NCBI GenBank assembly: GCA_002633005.1
Contig: NMRA01000619.1
Coordinates: 83,528-147,527, forward strand
Source of the DNA: Phoronis australis
Lineage: Eukaryota; Animalia; Phoronida
Direction of reading: 5' to 3'
DNA: 64,000 bases
The notes below the pieces were generated by a model. It was given only the letters and a program-made list of their open reading frames with translations, was not told where the DNA came from and searched no databases. Within the stretch, counting starts at the first letter, position 1, and each line of letters begins with the position of its first letter. Shown here in pieces: positions 25,811 through 39,573 of this stretch. The position numbers and the translations under genes are program-made.

Positions 25811-27530
25811 AGACAAGAGTAACAGGGAGCATTGAAATGCGCCCATGACAGCACCGCTAACAGTGTGCTTCTATGGGTGTTTTAAGTGTCACAAAAACTG
25901 CCATTAGATGACCCAAAATGCATCAACCCCATCCAAATTAAGAAAATAGTGACATATGTGTAATACACAACTATTTTCTACATTTCATGAAAATAAGCCA
26001 AGTAACTCTTAACATATAGACGCAAATGCAAAAAAATTGACAATAGAGGGCACAGCTATAATCCGATTGGTCTGAAACTTATTGTCATCTGCTGCTATCT
26101 CTACAGGACCCCATCTGCCAAATTTCGCAAAGTTCCTTCAAAGGGTTAAGGAGATACGATCGTAAACACAAAAAAAGCTAAATTGCCCCTAAGGGGTGCC
26201 AGAATATTCTAAAACAACCAAAAATCAACATCAGTCGGGGTCTTCGCATCAGGAGCACAACCATAGATTTGGATAGTGATCTGTTAAGAGGCAGATGTCA
26301 AAAACATACGCAAAAATGTTTAAATGACCACCAGGTGGCACAAAAAACATCAAATCTGTACAAAAATGAGAAGGCGTTGTCGTCTTCTAAACAGAAACCT
26401 ATTGGCCAAATTTCATGAAATACATATAATGAACTACAAAGATACAGAGGCAAGCGTAATAAACATTTTGCCACAAGGGAGCACAAAGATATTTGGATCA
26501 ATTTGACACTTGCATACCATTTGTCGTCGGTTCCATTGAAACATATATCTCAAATTTCACAAACCTTCTTCAAAGAGTTAAGGAGATTAGGCCACAGACG
26601 CAAAAAAAAAACAAAATCGCAACTAGGAGGCATCCGAAGGTCAAGTTCTTTTGTCGACTTCTCATCAGGAACACATCTGTAAATTTTCGTAACAATCCTT
26701 TAAGCGGTATGGCAGATAGGGAGGCGGACGTTAGAAAACAGATGCAAAAATTGAAAAATGGCCACAAAATGGCGTAAAATCTACTGACTGCGTTCAAAAA
26801 TGGAATGGCTTCATCGCTGTCTTAATAAAAGCCTATTTGCCGAAATTCATGAAAATCCATCAAGATACAGAGGAAAACATAAAAAAGTGAAATTGCCACT
26901 AGGGAGAACACCAATAGTCAGATTGGTCTGAAACTCGTCATCATCTGTTGTCAGACCCATAGACAAACATCTGCCAAATAGTACATAATTCTTGCCAAAC
27001 AGGTTAAGGAGACACAGCCAAAAAACCAAATCCCCACTCGGGGGGGGGCGCCAGGTTAGTGAAACCAGTCAAAAAATGAACGTCAGCCACGGTCTCCAAA
27101 TTAGGAACCTACCTGCCAATTTTCGAAATGATTCTTCTAGCAGTTTGACAGATAGAAAGGCAGATGTCAAAAAAATTGACTCAAAAATTTATGAAATGGC
27201 CACTAGGTGGCACAGAATCGTCAAAGACATCCGAAAATGGAAAGCTGTCGTCTCCTTAATAAAAACCTATCTGCCCAATTTCATGAATATCCATCCAAGA
27301 ATTCCAAAGATAAAGAGGAAACTGTAAAAATAAAATGGCAACTAGGGGCACAGAGGTAGTCAGATCGGTCCAAAATTGATCATCATCCATCGTCAGTTTC
27401 ATAGGAACACATCTGCCAAATTCATTAGGATCCTGTGAGGGGTTTAGGAGATACAGCTGCGGACACCAGACACCTAGACACAGACGACGGCAACATGCAC
27501 TCACATGAATATCTGTGCGCGTAAAAATTA
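25811..27530 (-). mobile_element. HINE family H element with internal tandem array
   Basis: Same end modules (acaagagtaacagggagcattgaaatgcgccca; catgcactcacatgaatatctgtgcgcgtaaaaa) and same internal units as 10.6-14.4 kb. Confidence 0.75.
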
Positions 27531-27640
27531 TAATTTTAGCAATTACCTTTGTCATAAATTTGAAGATTTTCCATAGTTCTTTTATTTTCACTATTTTTGG
27601 AATGTTAGAGCAGTGCATGCCTACCAAATAAGATGGTTAC

Positions 27641-27747
27641 CTGTCTGAATCGAAGAGTAGCATGAGAAGCAGGTACTTTAGCCTTCCTCCTTTTCCTCAC
27701 AGTGCCGTTGGGTCTACGTATGGTAGAACTTGACTGTATGGCTGACT
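27641..27747 (-). CDS. TMC: TMC7-like coding exon 3 (ESAIQSSSTIRRPNGTVRKRRKAKVPASHATLRFRQ)
   Basis: ttgtgttgtaaag acceptor, CAG|gtaacc donor, 107 nt, phase 1 to 0, consistent with both neighbours. Confidence 0.7.
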
Positions 27748-27818
27748 CTTTACAACACAAATCAAATACATTTCCGTCACAAGACATGCGAAGCAAAAGG
27801 GAAGTTGTATTGAAGGCA

Positions 27819-28585
27819 AAGGCAACCTTTTCTCATGTCTTTTTTAGCAAAAATAAGGTTTTGCTGGTTATCCCAGACATACTTTCCACTTAATTACAGC
27901 TTTTCGTAATTTAATTTATAATTCGTTCTCTACTTTGGAAGTGATGTTTTGGGAGGCAAGAATTTCGTGCCAATTTCTTTTCATAAAGTCTGACTATGAG
28001 AGCTGCCAAGTCAGTCATTGTTCTATTGCAGTTGTGATAAGTTCGGTCATCATTTTCTTTTGTTTACGAGTCAGTCAACATGCCACACTTTTGCTGTGTA
28101 ACGGGATGTACTCATTATCGTCTCACGAACAGAGGAACAACTGTCCCACTTGCCCGAGTGTCCCGCGACACACTCCTGCTGTATAGTGACCTGAGTTGAC
28201 AAACAGTTTACACCCTGTACTCTTCCCTGGGCCAGTAATCACTTCCACTACTCAAAATCACAGCAGGGCTGCTTAGAGGCTTTGGGCCATAATGAGTACA
28301 TCCCCCTACGCAGCAACAGTGTGGCATGTTGACTGACTCATAAACAAAAGCAAATGATGACCGAACTTATCACAACCGAGGTAGATCAATGACTGACTCA
28401 ACACCTTTCATAGTCAGACCAAATAAAAAGAAATTGGCACGAAATTCTTGCCTCCCAAAACGTCACTTCCGGAGTAGAGAACGAATAATCAATTAAATTA
28501 CGAAAAGATGTTATTAATTAAGTAGAAAATATGCCTCGGATAACCAACGAACCTTGCTAAAAAGGACATGCAAAAAGGTTGCCTT
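27819..28585. mobile_element. Foldback MITE with inverted arms of about 280 bp
   Basis: 27819-28100 is the imperfect reverse complement of 28307-28585 (aaggcaacc...ggttgcctt). Confidence 0.9.
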
Positions 28586-28827
28586 CACTGTTAAGAGGTA
28601 TTGACAATTACTGTGTTATTGTATACCTTAGGGAAGTACTCAATTTTCAGAAATAATTCTGACAACCTTAAAAATAAAAGAAAAACTCTTAAACAGTCCA
28701 CAGGAATTTTGTATGAAGGTCAATTTTGCCTAAAAAAGAACAACACACTTTGAAAAACAAAATGGTATTCCTGTTTAGATATAACAGGTGAAGACAAAAC
28801 AGATAAGTTTTCAACCACAATATTTAC

Positions 28828-29058
28828 CTAGCTGTCTACTAGGTAAAGCCTCTAAAAGGTCTGCTTGCTGGCGAACAGCTTCCGGAGAAGAATGTGTCGC
28901 TCGCGGAGACTCGCCATCCGAGTGGTAACTAGACGCATCTGATCTCTGGTCAGGAGGAATTCTACGTCTACGATCTGGGGTTCCTGGCAATTGCATGTCA
29001 ATTGCATGCATTTCCAACGGAGATGATTCCATCTGATTGGCATAATATGACTGGTTAA
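28828..29058 (-). CDS. TMC: TMC7-like coding exon 2 (FNQSYYANQMESSPLEM...LEALPSRQL)
   Basis: ttttcag acceptor, G|gtaaat donor, 231 nt, phase 1 to 1, open in the frame of track ORF 28811-29032. Confidence 0.75.
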
Positions 29059-29219
29059 CTGAAAATGGAGGGAAAAATAAAAGGTGATCTCAAAATAAAG
29101 AATGCAAACACAGATTGGAAAATTCCTCACACATTTTAAAAGACCATAAAGGTCGGCATTACAGAAGACAAGCAATAAAGAAGCTTGTCCATGTTACAAC
29201 CGCGTGTGGCTTTGAGAAA

Positions 29220-29640
29220 CCGTATACGAACTAATAAGCGCCCATACCCCTATAAGCGCCCCCCACGTGTTTTCAGACTTTGCTAAAATAAACGCCCAGT
29301 CCATGAACGTCATGTACATGCAAAAAATGCCTTACCTACAGTTCTAAAATTCTACAGTATCGTCTTCAATTTATCAGTAACCTCTAACAGTGCTGAAAAA
29401 AATCATTGAGCGCGGAATTTGTAGACCACGAGCCTCGCCGCTATGTTGGTATTTAGCTGTGACTATACACTTCTAACATCCGCCGTGCTCCAAAAAGAAT
29501 GCAAGTTTCGCTGATCTTACAAAGGACATGTTCTATTATGGCCTGGCCTTTCAGAACAGATGTATCGTACTTGTCAAAGGGATTGTATTGTATCTTCCCC
29601 GTACAGATCTTCTCCCTCAACAGGAATCCAAATTCCTACT
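29220..29640 (+). mobile_element. Family A element, left-end fragment
   Basis: ccgtatacgaactaataagcgccca start; homologous to about 15190-15595, then truncated. Confidence 0.85.
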
Positions 29641-29669
29641 AAATAGGTTGTTTTTTGGGTTGCATGCTT

Positions 29670-30185
29670 CTTTAAACTGCATTCCATAATCAATACCACT
29701 TGAAAGTATCCATGTGACAATCCTAACAATAATTAGTTGATCAATGTGACAGTTGCGGAACCGTTCCACATGTGAAACCGTTGCACAGGCGGAACCATTC
29801 CGCATGTGGAACCGTTCCGCATAGGGAACGATTTCCCAAACAGAATGGTTTCGCGGGGTATTTGTTTTGCTCAATCAATTTAAAATGCATTCCATTGTCA
29901 ATACCACTTGAAAGTATCCATGTAACAATCCTAACAATAATTAGTTGATCAATGTGACAGTTGCGGAACCGTTCCGAATGTGAAACCGTTGCACAGGCAA
30001 AACCTTTTCGCATGCGGAACCGTTCTGCATAGGAAACAATTTCCCAAACAATGGTTTTGCAGAGTATTTGTTTTGCCCAATCAACTTAAAATGCATTCCA
30101 TTATCAATACCACTTGAAACTATCAATGTGACAATCCTAACAATAACTAGTTGATCAATGCTACAGTTGCAGAACCGTTCCGCAC
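29670..30185. repeat. Tandem repeat of about 207 bp (about 2.5 units) with internal 17-bp gcggaaccgttccgcat subrepeats
   Basis: tgcattcc unit starts at 29678, 29886 and 30092. Confidence 0.9.
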
Positions 30186-33100
30186 GGCGTGTAGGTATGT
30201 CTCATGGGAAAGTCATTGGGCGACTTAATAGATTATGCAAGATGTCTATATTGCAAAAACACCTTTGTTGCCACGCCGTGGGTCGAGGGGGTCATAGAGT
30301 CAAGGGAGTTGAAGGGGTTTTAGAACTATCCCCAGGAAATATGCAAGTCAAGAAATTGTTATTACTTGGTTTACCGATTTTTAGCAGAAAAATTTGTGTC
30401 ATCTCTGGTAACAAGTTTGTGATGCACCAAATATAACATTCGGGACATATGTCGATCATAAATAACATTATTCTCTCATGATCACTTCCAACTTGGCATG
30501 CTTTGACAATTTCATACAAATTTTGGCAATTTTTCATTTCCTCAAAAGCTGGAAAATCACAGAAGAAATAAAAAGGTGTCAGTGGGAATTGTTATATTTT
30601 CCAAAATCCAGAAAGGGGGTGGATCAAAACAAAGATTTTACGTAAGATAACTTACATAATGGGGCTCGGGAGTTTTGATTTTTTGATAGGTTTTTGTAAG
30701 TTTTGATAATTTGTATTTTGGTCTTAGTCTGCTACAAATCTAATCATATTTGTTTTTGGACAAAATATGAGTACGAACTTTAAGACACAAACAATGCTGT
30801 TCTTAACCATTCATTGCCAACTAGTGGCACTATATATTTCTCTGGTGTTCAGAAGTTAGGCAAGCATAATGCCACCCTCAGGCTCATCGTAAAGGAACTA
30901 TGTATAGCGCTTAATATACTATTGAATAAACTGAGCACTATCTCAACAGAAATATTGATTCATTTGAGCTCCAATTGTTGATTTCTGGTCTTTCCCCTCG
31001 CAATGCATTTTGAGGTGTACCTGAAGTCTTCTCCACCAATGCCACCTGATTGAATAATGTGAACTTTTGTCTTAAGAATGGTTTACAGTGAATAAACTGA
31101 AAGGCCGATCAATATGTTGTTTTTCACATACGCGCTAATTTTAAAGTTTCTACAACAAATCTGTAATAAAAAGTGGGGGCCACCCCATAGTTTTTCCCCA
31201 TATGCACGAACAGGGGTACCTTCGGCAAAATGTGCAAATTAATCTCTAATCATATTATTGCTTGCAATCCTATTGAAAATGGTATCGTTTCATTGCAGCG
31301 TGTCAATTTTATATTGCAACACCTTCGGTAATATTTCCCAGTTAAACTGTATTCTTACTTGTGTTACTGCACAATTTTTCCATGATTTTGGGTACCTCGT
31401 AAGTGAGCAAAATTTTACATTAATGCTCTGTGTATGTGCAATGAAATGAGCAAAAAATTAGGGGTCACCAAATCAAATTGGTTTTCGAGCTACAAGTATC
31501 TTAGCTCAATCAGAGCAATTTCACTTTCTCAAAAACATGCTAAATTTCAAAACCACAGCTTCGATTCACCACATGAAGATTTTGTCCTATTAATAGGGAA
31601 ATAACAAGGGAATAAACTAATGAGACAAAATTTCATTGTAAATTAATTTAAATTTGCTGGTGTACAACGAATTAAGGTGCATATGCATACATGTATAATA
31701 TCTACACTTTTGTTTGTTTTAGAATTAATTTTATTTTAGAATAGCAAAGTACCATTTGTATGACCATGTGATTCAATAGCCTTAAAGGATAGTAAAATAT
31801 TGTTCTTATTAAATAGACAGAAATCGTGTAACTTCGTACTATAGTTTACTGTAAATGTTCGGGTTAACGCCCTAGGCGTTTAAATTGGCAAACCCAAAAA
31901 GCGGGGGTGGGCGGTTAACCAGACATGAGCGCTTAAACGTGAAATTTCAAGAAATCCAGGGTGGGCAGTTAACCGAAGATGGGCGCTTATTACGACAGAC
32001 AACTGCCCTGGACGGTTAATCTTACCTCACAATCTAAGTCCCCACACAACATACGTACTCGGAACGCGTAGCACTTTTCAAAGTGCTTTATCGTCATGTT
32101 GCCAAATGACGGTAAAAACTTCATAACAGCGGATGATCCCAACAAAGGTTCTGTTGCCCTCAGATAAGTCATTCACAATTAAATTTAAAAAATTGCTGAG
32201 TAATAGACCCGTGCCATCCTGCAGTCTTGTTAGCTTGTCAGAACTGTAGTGCGCAGACGACCAGTGACCACGCAGCACTCCACTTGGATTGCAAGCCGTG
32301 ACACAGCAAAAGAGTGCGCACGTGCAAGCTTCACGTGTAGCAGAGGTCACAGCTGACATCCAGGTTACAGTTCCATGCTAGCTTTCAGGTTCAGAGTCAG
32401 ATGCAGTTTTAAAATTAGTTGTAATAAAAGTCTAAAAAACTAATTCCGGTGTTTTTGTGTTTGAGATGTTTATAGTCGACACTCTTGACTCAATAACATT
32501 TTCACTTCCCGTTGCGCGAAACATGCTCAGCAAAGAAGTAAGACAAAAATCGGGGGGATAAGCGGACATGAGCCAGATGTCTATCAAGAAGAAAAGTTCA
32601 AACCACGGCATAAATATGTGATAAAACGTCACAGAACAGCGATGTTTCAAATCATTCTTAAACGACCACTTTACCCAACTTTGTGGTGGAAAATATTTAT
32701 TTTACATGCAAGATGTCCAGATTATATCCTATTATAATATCACCTACACTACCGCACTGCGTCACTGGTCAGTTCCGCTGTTTGCGCGCAATGTCCCGGC
32801 AGGCAATCTTGACTTGGAAAGGCCGTCAAGTAATATAATGGCTTCTTTAAATATGCGTCTCGTTTTTCATAGCCAAAGATAGCGAAGGGATTCAGCACGC
32901 ACGTAGGGCCTACGTATGAGTAACCTGTCTATCAGGTGTTGGTGTCAAGGTAACATGTACTCAGTGTGGGAACTTTCGCGCATGCACCACTACAAAGTTA
33001 CACATCAAAAGAGAACAGCGACAATCCTAAGTAAAAACCGGCATGACGCTGTACTTTTAAGCTGTTGTTAGGAAAGACCCAGTGCTTTACGATATTCCTC

Positions 33101-33722
33101 CGTTCCAGTGTCCCCCAAACCTGCGATGTCAAGTCTACTTCAATATTTTCCAGCTCGATGTTCCCTAGGCCCAAGTGTGCCATGCCGGTATCTAGCTGCA
33201 TGCACCTCTTATCAACTATCGCCAATTTTCAGTCAGTCTGCGTTGCAGATATTTCAGGCACGAATGGTAAGAATTTTGTTCAGGATGAAACTGGCCAATG
33301 CAGAAACAAAATTATTCTGGATAGCTAAAAAGGGAATATGGAAGCGATAATTCACACTGCACAGTCAGGTGGGGGTTGACGCTAGAAATCATAGTACAGA
33401 ACAGCCAGCGCCAGTCCGCCAGATGTCGTTTCGCTGTAGTCAGCGCCCTCTCTCTCTGCCATCTGCCATTTTGTGTTGGTATCGTTCATTCTATTCAGCT
33501 CTCAATAAACCTCAGTGTTTCGTCCACAGTTGTTCGTTCTGCATAAACAATTCCCTTCTGGCATGGTGGCAGCGTTATATAAACGCACTTTACGCCCGTC
33601 AATTACCGCAGCACGCATACGCTATCCCATTTCAAAGGTGGACAAACCAATTCCCACTAAAACTGGTCCACACACTTACCGTGACAACTGACATTGTTTT
33701 GCACTTTATCGGCACCTGCAAC

Positions 33723-36700
33723 ATGTCGCAGAGAGCACCTAAACAATGGTCGTTAACCAAGAACGAGACAATAACAACTTTGGCTTGGCGTCAGAACCTA
33801 CTGTACATACTATCCCTTGACAAGAATTTTGCCGACTTCCTAGTTGACGGCGTGTCATGGAGGAAGAAAAGTCCTACCTCATCTCTCCAGGGTTTGGTCG
33901 CCAACGGCGATGGCGTCCCTGAAGATCACAGGAGGACTGCTGCTCAGAAGTGTCAACACCTGGAACTCCTGCTTGGCCAAGTGGCAAACTACTGTCCAGT
34001 AATTTCGCGCAATACCATAGTGAACAACTCCACATCACTGGCCAACATATGGCAAGCCATTCATTTGCATTACGGCCTACCGGTGCTCACTTTTTAGACT
34101 TCAGCAACATCGCCCTCGAAGCTGATGAGCGACCAGAAGACCTGTATCAAAGACTCGTCTCATTTGTCGAAGACAGTATACTACAGGCCCACGGTACCAT
34201 TCGACACCACAACAAAGTAGTCACCGTAGATGAAGAGCTGACCCCCACATTAGAGAACATGGTTGTTCTCACATGGTTAAAACTCCTTCATCCTGATCTC
34301 CCTAACCTAGTAAAGCAACGTTACGACACTGAGCTCCCCTAAAACCAGAGATCTCTCAAGCTGTGGACTCGTTGCTTGACGAAATAAAGCACACTGCAGA
34401 TGCCAAGATACTACACAACAGTACTAGAAAATTCGACTCCAAACGCTCTAACTTCCACACACCCAAATGGACCTCAACCAGCAGACCATCGTGCCCCCTG
34501 AGTGTGCAAGCTCGTCGTGCGGAGACACAGCATTTTCTCAGAAAAATGCCCGTTTCTTCCACCAAAAGATTGTCTTTTCATGAGTAAGGCGAGACAGCTT
34601 ACCTGTTCAGAAGACCATAGTGTAGATGACGCCAATGTGGATGATGACGACGACTGCTCTAACTTTCACGTGTCATCCCATCGTGTCCGTGTGAACAAGT
34701 CTCCTACTTTCAAAGTGTTTTACACTCATCATCCTGTTGTCCTCACCGTTGACACAGGTGCTGAGACTAATTACTTGGCGAAATATATTTCGCCAAGTAT
34801 GTTGCTTTTCGCACGATACAGGTCGCAATTTTCTTCCGATCATCACGAAATTTACACATAACACATACTTCCGGAAGTACTGGAAGCCTATTGTTTTACG
34901 TCAAAATCGAATCCAAGATGGCGGCTGTGGCGGCCATTTTGTTTTCATTTAAAGATTCAAATGCTTCTGGAGGCTATAATTTTTTACGTAAAAGGCTAAG
35001 AATCGGCACAGTAAATGGACCAGAAGTTTTCTACAACTATACCAGAAACTGTTTACTTCCGGTTAAAGATGGCGGAAATATCGGCGATTGCGCATGCGCA
35101 CCTCGATTTTGGCCAAAAAACGTTTTCTCCTGTAGAGGGCGCATTATAAGACTAATTCCTTCAAATTTTTACAGGTATTAGTTTCTTATGACATGCTATT
35201 ATACAAAGCCAAAAAACCGGAAGTTGCTTTCAAGATGGCGGATCCGGCGCATGTTGACCCATTTTCAGTCATGCAGGAGTGCGATTTTAAACGGGAAGAG
35301 AAAAAGACGTTATTTTTTGCATGTGGACTCTTTGAAGTACATTCTTTCAAATGGCCTGTAACAATTTTTTTCTCAAACTTACCGTTTTCGAGTTATTTGA
35401 CTTTGAATTTCTTAAAAAACGCAAAATTTCATTTTTTTCGAAAAATTTACGGAATTAGGCGATACCATCAGTTTAGATAAAATTTTGAACGGGCTTCCAG
35501 AAGATGTTTTCCATTTTTCGCTAGGAAGTCTACTTTTCGAGTTATTTGAGATTTTCTGATAACGCTGTTCCTTTGTTGAGCGCTCTTGCTGCATTGATAT
35601 TGGTTTATCTTCTATTGAACTAGACTGTAGCCTATTTCTTATTGATTTATGACATCTAAGTTCGTCATATGAATGTTGTGATGTTGTTCATCATCGCCAC
35701 CACCATCATCATTTTCGTCATCATCTCCGTCGTTGTCTTTTCTGTTGCTCTAGACTGTAGCATTTTTCTTACTAAATTCAGACTTCTACGTTCGTCATGT
35801 GTATGTTATTATTACTTCTTTTGTTCATCCTCGCCACCATCGTCGTCATATTCGTCATCATCTTTTTGGTTAATTTCGCCAAGTTTCGCTCCTCGGAGCG
35901 CTTTCATTTGATTAAGGCATCCTTCGCAAGGGTCATCGACCCCCCCATCAAACCCAGTACTCATTGCACTCTCCAAGCTGACGGCAAGTCACCGCTGTTT
36001 GTAGTCTGGGAAACATCACTCTCGGTTTCCCAAAATGACCAAAAATTGCTCCTCGAGGCGCTGTTCAACCAGCAAAGCGTCAAATCACGATCCGAGGGAC
36101 TGACATAATCACCTACGGCTCTGGGACAAAGTCTGCCAAAAGCCCCCACTTTGTCCGCCTCACAAAGTCACATGTTATGATCACCGAGGTACTCCACAGT
36201 TTTGTGGCCAGGGGATTTTTTGGAGGTTACCGTCCCACCAGAAGTTGATCCTGATGGATTCCTCGCTTTTGAGCCACGGCTTGATACTGGCATCCACTCA
36301 AGTAAGCCATGGCCTCAGTCTGCTATAGTTGAGTCTGTAGGCGGCAAGATTCGGATTGTAAACTGTTCCATGGAACTATACAACATTCCTCGTAACAACC
36401 ACTTTGGTCAAGTTCGCGCTACCGCCCCGAACTTCCAGCTAGTCACGGACTCTGTACCACCAACCAGCTCCACGCATACTCTCACAGAATCTCCTACAAC
36501 ACAGTATTCGAGCACTGCTGTGTTGGATCCTGACTCTTTGCTGTCACCTGAGACCAGACGACTCTTTTGCAGTGTCATGAGTGAGTACAACCAGGTGTTT
36601 AGCCCTCGCGTTCCTGGCTACAATGGGTCTGCCGGTCCATTCAAAGCTGTGGTGAACATGGGTCCCGTCCAACCACCCCAGCGAAAGGGACGTGACAAAC

Positions 36701-39573
36701 TCGTGGACTTACAAACCAAGTTTGATGATCTTGAGAAGGAAGGTATCTTTCGTAGACCGGAGGACATCGGCATCACCGTCGAGTACATGAATTCTTCTTT
36801 TCTAGTGAAGAAGCCAAACGGCGGGTTTCGTCTAGTCACTGCCTTCGCGGATGTAGGTCGTTACTGCCAGCCCCAACCATCCCTTATGCCCAATGTAGAT
36901 ACCACACTTCGCACCATCGCAATGCAGGAGGTACCTCATCGTTACGGACCTCACCAGTGCCTTCTACCAGATACCATTGGACCGTTCTTCTATGAAATAC
37001 TGTGGCGTCTGCACTCCCTTTTAAGGGGTGTGTGTCTATACCCGTGCTGCCATGGGTATGCCCGGCTCAGAAACTGCACTCGAAGAACTCATGTGTCGCG
37101 TCCTTGGAGACCTTCTCCAAGAGGGCAAAGTCGCAAAACTGGCTGATGATTTGTATTGCGGTGCGGATACCCCAGATGATCTCTTTACAATATGGACCCA
37201 TGTACTCCGGGCCCTGGACAGGTGTAACCTCCATCTTTCACCTACCAAGATCGTCGTTTGCCCAAGGTCAACCACTGTCCTGGGGTGGATTTGGTCAGAT
37301 GGCAATATCTCCGCAAGCCCTCATCGTACAGCTACACTCTCGTCCTGCCCCAAACCTGATGATGTCCGTGGTTTACGTTCCTTCATTGGTGCCTACAAAG
37401 CTCTTGGTCGAGTCCTACCTGCGTGTCACCAGGCTCTTGCACCGTTAGAAGAGTCAATTGCAGGCATGAAATCCCAGGATAAGGTGACATGGAATGACAG
37501 TCTTTGTGATTCCTTTGATCGCGCCCAAGTCTCTCAAGTCGCACAAGAGCATCCTGTTACCCCGTCCCTCAGACCAATTGTAGATCGTCACGGATGGGTC
37601 TGTCACTAGTCATGGAATAGAGGCAACGCTCTGTCACACGTGGACAGAAGCTGCGTCTTGCTGGGTTTTACAGCGCCAAACTTCGCAAACACCAAGTCAC
37701 TTGGCTCCCGTGCCAGATTGAGGCTCTATCTATAGCTGCTGCCGTCAAACACGTCAGTCCGTTTATTATCCAATCGAAGCATCGGACTTGTCTCCTCACA
37801 GACAGCAGGCCGTGTGTAGAGGCAGTAGAGAAACTATGTAGAGGAGAATTCTCATCTAGTCCTCGTGTAACTTCGTTTCTGTCTATTGTCAGCCACTACC
37901 AGGTTCACTTGTCACACCTAGCTGGTTCCAAAAACATTCCGTCAGACTTCGCGAGTCGCAACGCTCCAGACTGCAGCGACCCACGTTGCCAAGTATGATC
38001 GTTTATCATCGCCATGGAAGATTCTGCCGTGAGACATACCTGCGTTGACGACATCCTGCAAGGATCGACTCGTCTCCCATTCACGACTCGCTCCACCTGG
38101 ATTGCTACTCAGTTGGAATGTCCCGATCTTTGATGTGTCCATGCTCATCAGAAACAGGGCACTCGCCCTTCTAAGAAGCTCACTTCCTTACCAGACGTGA
38201 AGCGTTACCTCAGGGTTACCACTATCTCCCGTGATGGTCTACTCGTTGTACGTCGAAGACAACCCGTTTGGTGCTTCCGAGATGATTGTCGTGCCCCGGG
38301 TTGCTTACTGCCATTCACATCAAGCTTGACCACCCTTCCAAGCATCAACTGAAGCTAGTTGTCAGCCACCACTTCTACGCGTTGGATTTCGATAAAGCCA
38401 TTGACCGTGTTTCTAAATCATGCCATGTATGTACGTCCCTGAAAGCCTCTCCCTGTGCTTTTGTCCCACAATCAACTACTGACCCGCCAGAGGTTCCAGG
38501 CATTTGCTCTGCTGCAGATGTCTTGAAGCGTTCGCACCAGCTCATTCTTCTTGTGCGTGAAATGGTCACATCGTATTCCTCCACTTGTCTTATTGACACT
38601 GAGACACATACTGTGCTCCGAGACGCTCTATTTCAACTCCTGTCAGAACTACTCCCATTTGATGGATCGTCGGCCATTGTCCGGGTAGATCCCGCCCCTG
38701 GGTTTCGTGCGCTCCGGAACAACAAGCTGTTAAACTCAGTTGGCATACGTCTAGAAGTTGACGCGTCAAGAACACAAACAAGGACCCCGTTGCAGAAAAG
38801 GCAATTGCTGAACTTGAGAACGAGTTGTTACGCCAGCAACCTGGAGGGGGTCCAGTGACTAAGCTAGGTCTGAGCATCGCCACAGCCCGACTCAATTCCC
38901 GTCTTCGCTCTCGTGGTTTGTCATTTCAAGAAATGTGGCTCCAGCGAAATCAGTATACCAATGAACAGCTCCCTGTGTCTGACAGAGAAATGATCTTACA
39001 ACAACACCGTGCCCAGACTGCGAACCATTCACACAGCGAAAGATCGAAGAATAACGCCCTACCTCTTTGGCTGTAGGTGATCTAGTGTACCTCCACGCAG
39101 ATCGCGACAAAACCAAGTCTCGTGATCGATACTTGGTAGTGTCCATCGAGGACAACTGGTGTTATATCCACAAGTTTGTTGGTTCGCAACTACGCTCCAC
39201 ATCATACAAAGTCAAACTGGATGATTGCTACGTTGCGCCCGAGTTTTTCTCACCGCGTGCCGAGTTGCCTTCATCAGCTCCGACGCTGGATGACGACGAT
39301 GTACCATACTCCACTGACACTCGTCCTGTTGGTATGCCGTCCGCCGATTCTTCATCTGTCACGTTGCCTCCTGATCTTCAGCTTCCGCCTGTTCCTCAGG
39401 CATTGTCGCTGGCTCCGGACGATTCCACCGTTTCTTCTAATGACGACAACCCCTGCGATGTACCCAACGCTTGCTCTGGTGCCCAGTCTGCTCTCACAGA
39501 GGCTGGCGACTGCTGTCGACCGAAACGTTCTCAGCGCTCACCCTCGTATTTACAGGATTACATACTTAACTAA
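33723..39573 (+). pseudogene. gag-pol of the Gypsy-like element, disrupted by frameshifts, stops and a HINE insertion
   Basis: Gag [16 protein letters not shown]; protease VDTGAETN; [39 protein letters not shown]; RNase H VTDGS and TDS; integrase H-H-C-C plus D, D, E. Confidence 0.92.
34772..35907 (+). mobile_element. HINE (Helentron-associated) family C element inserted in the Gypsy protease
   Basis: 5' palindromic subTIR ACTTGGCGAAAT-ATAT-TTCGCCAAGT, 3' subTIR ATTTCGCCAAGT plus stem-loop CGCTCC-TC-GGAGCG, (CAT/CGT)n tracts. Inserted in a T-run with no TSD; removal restores DTGAETN-LIKASF. Confidence 0.85.

Noticed and set aside
30200-31790. Kolobok-like element ending gccTTAA near 31785
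   Set aside because: Only one plausible terminus was found, so boundaries and class are unsupported.
35669-35911. Hydrophobic membrane-protein-like ORFs (also 52019-52247)
   Set aside because: They derive from (CAT/CGT)n tracts of HINE family C.
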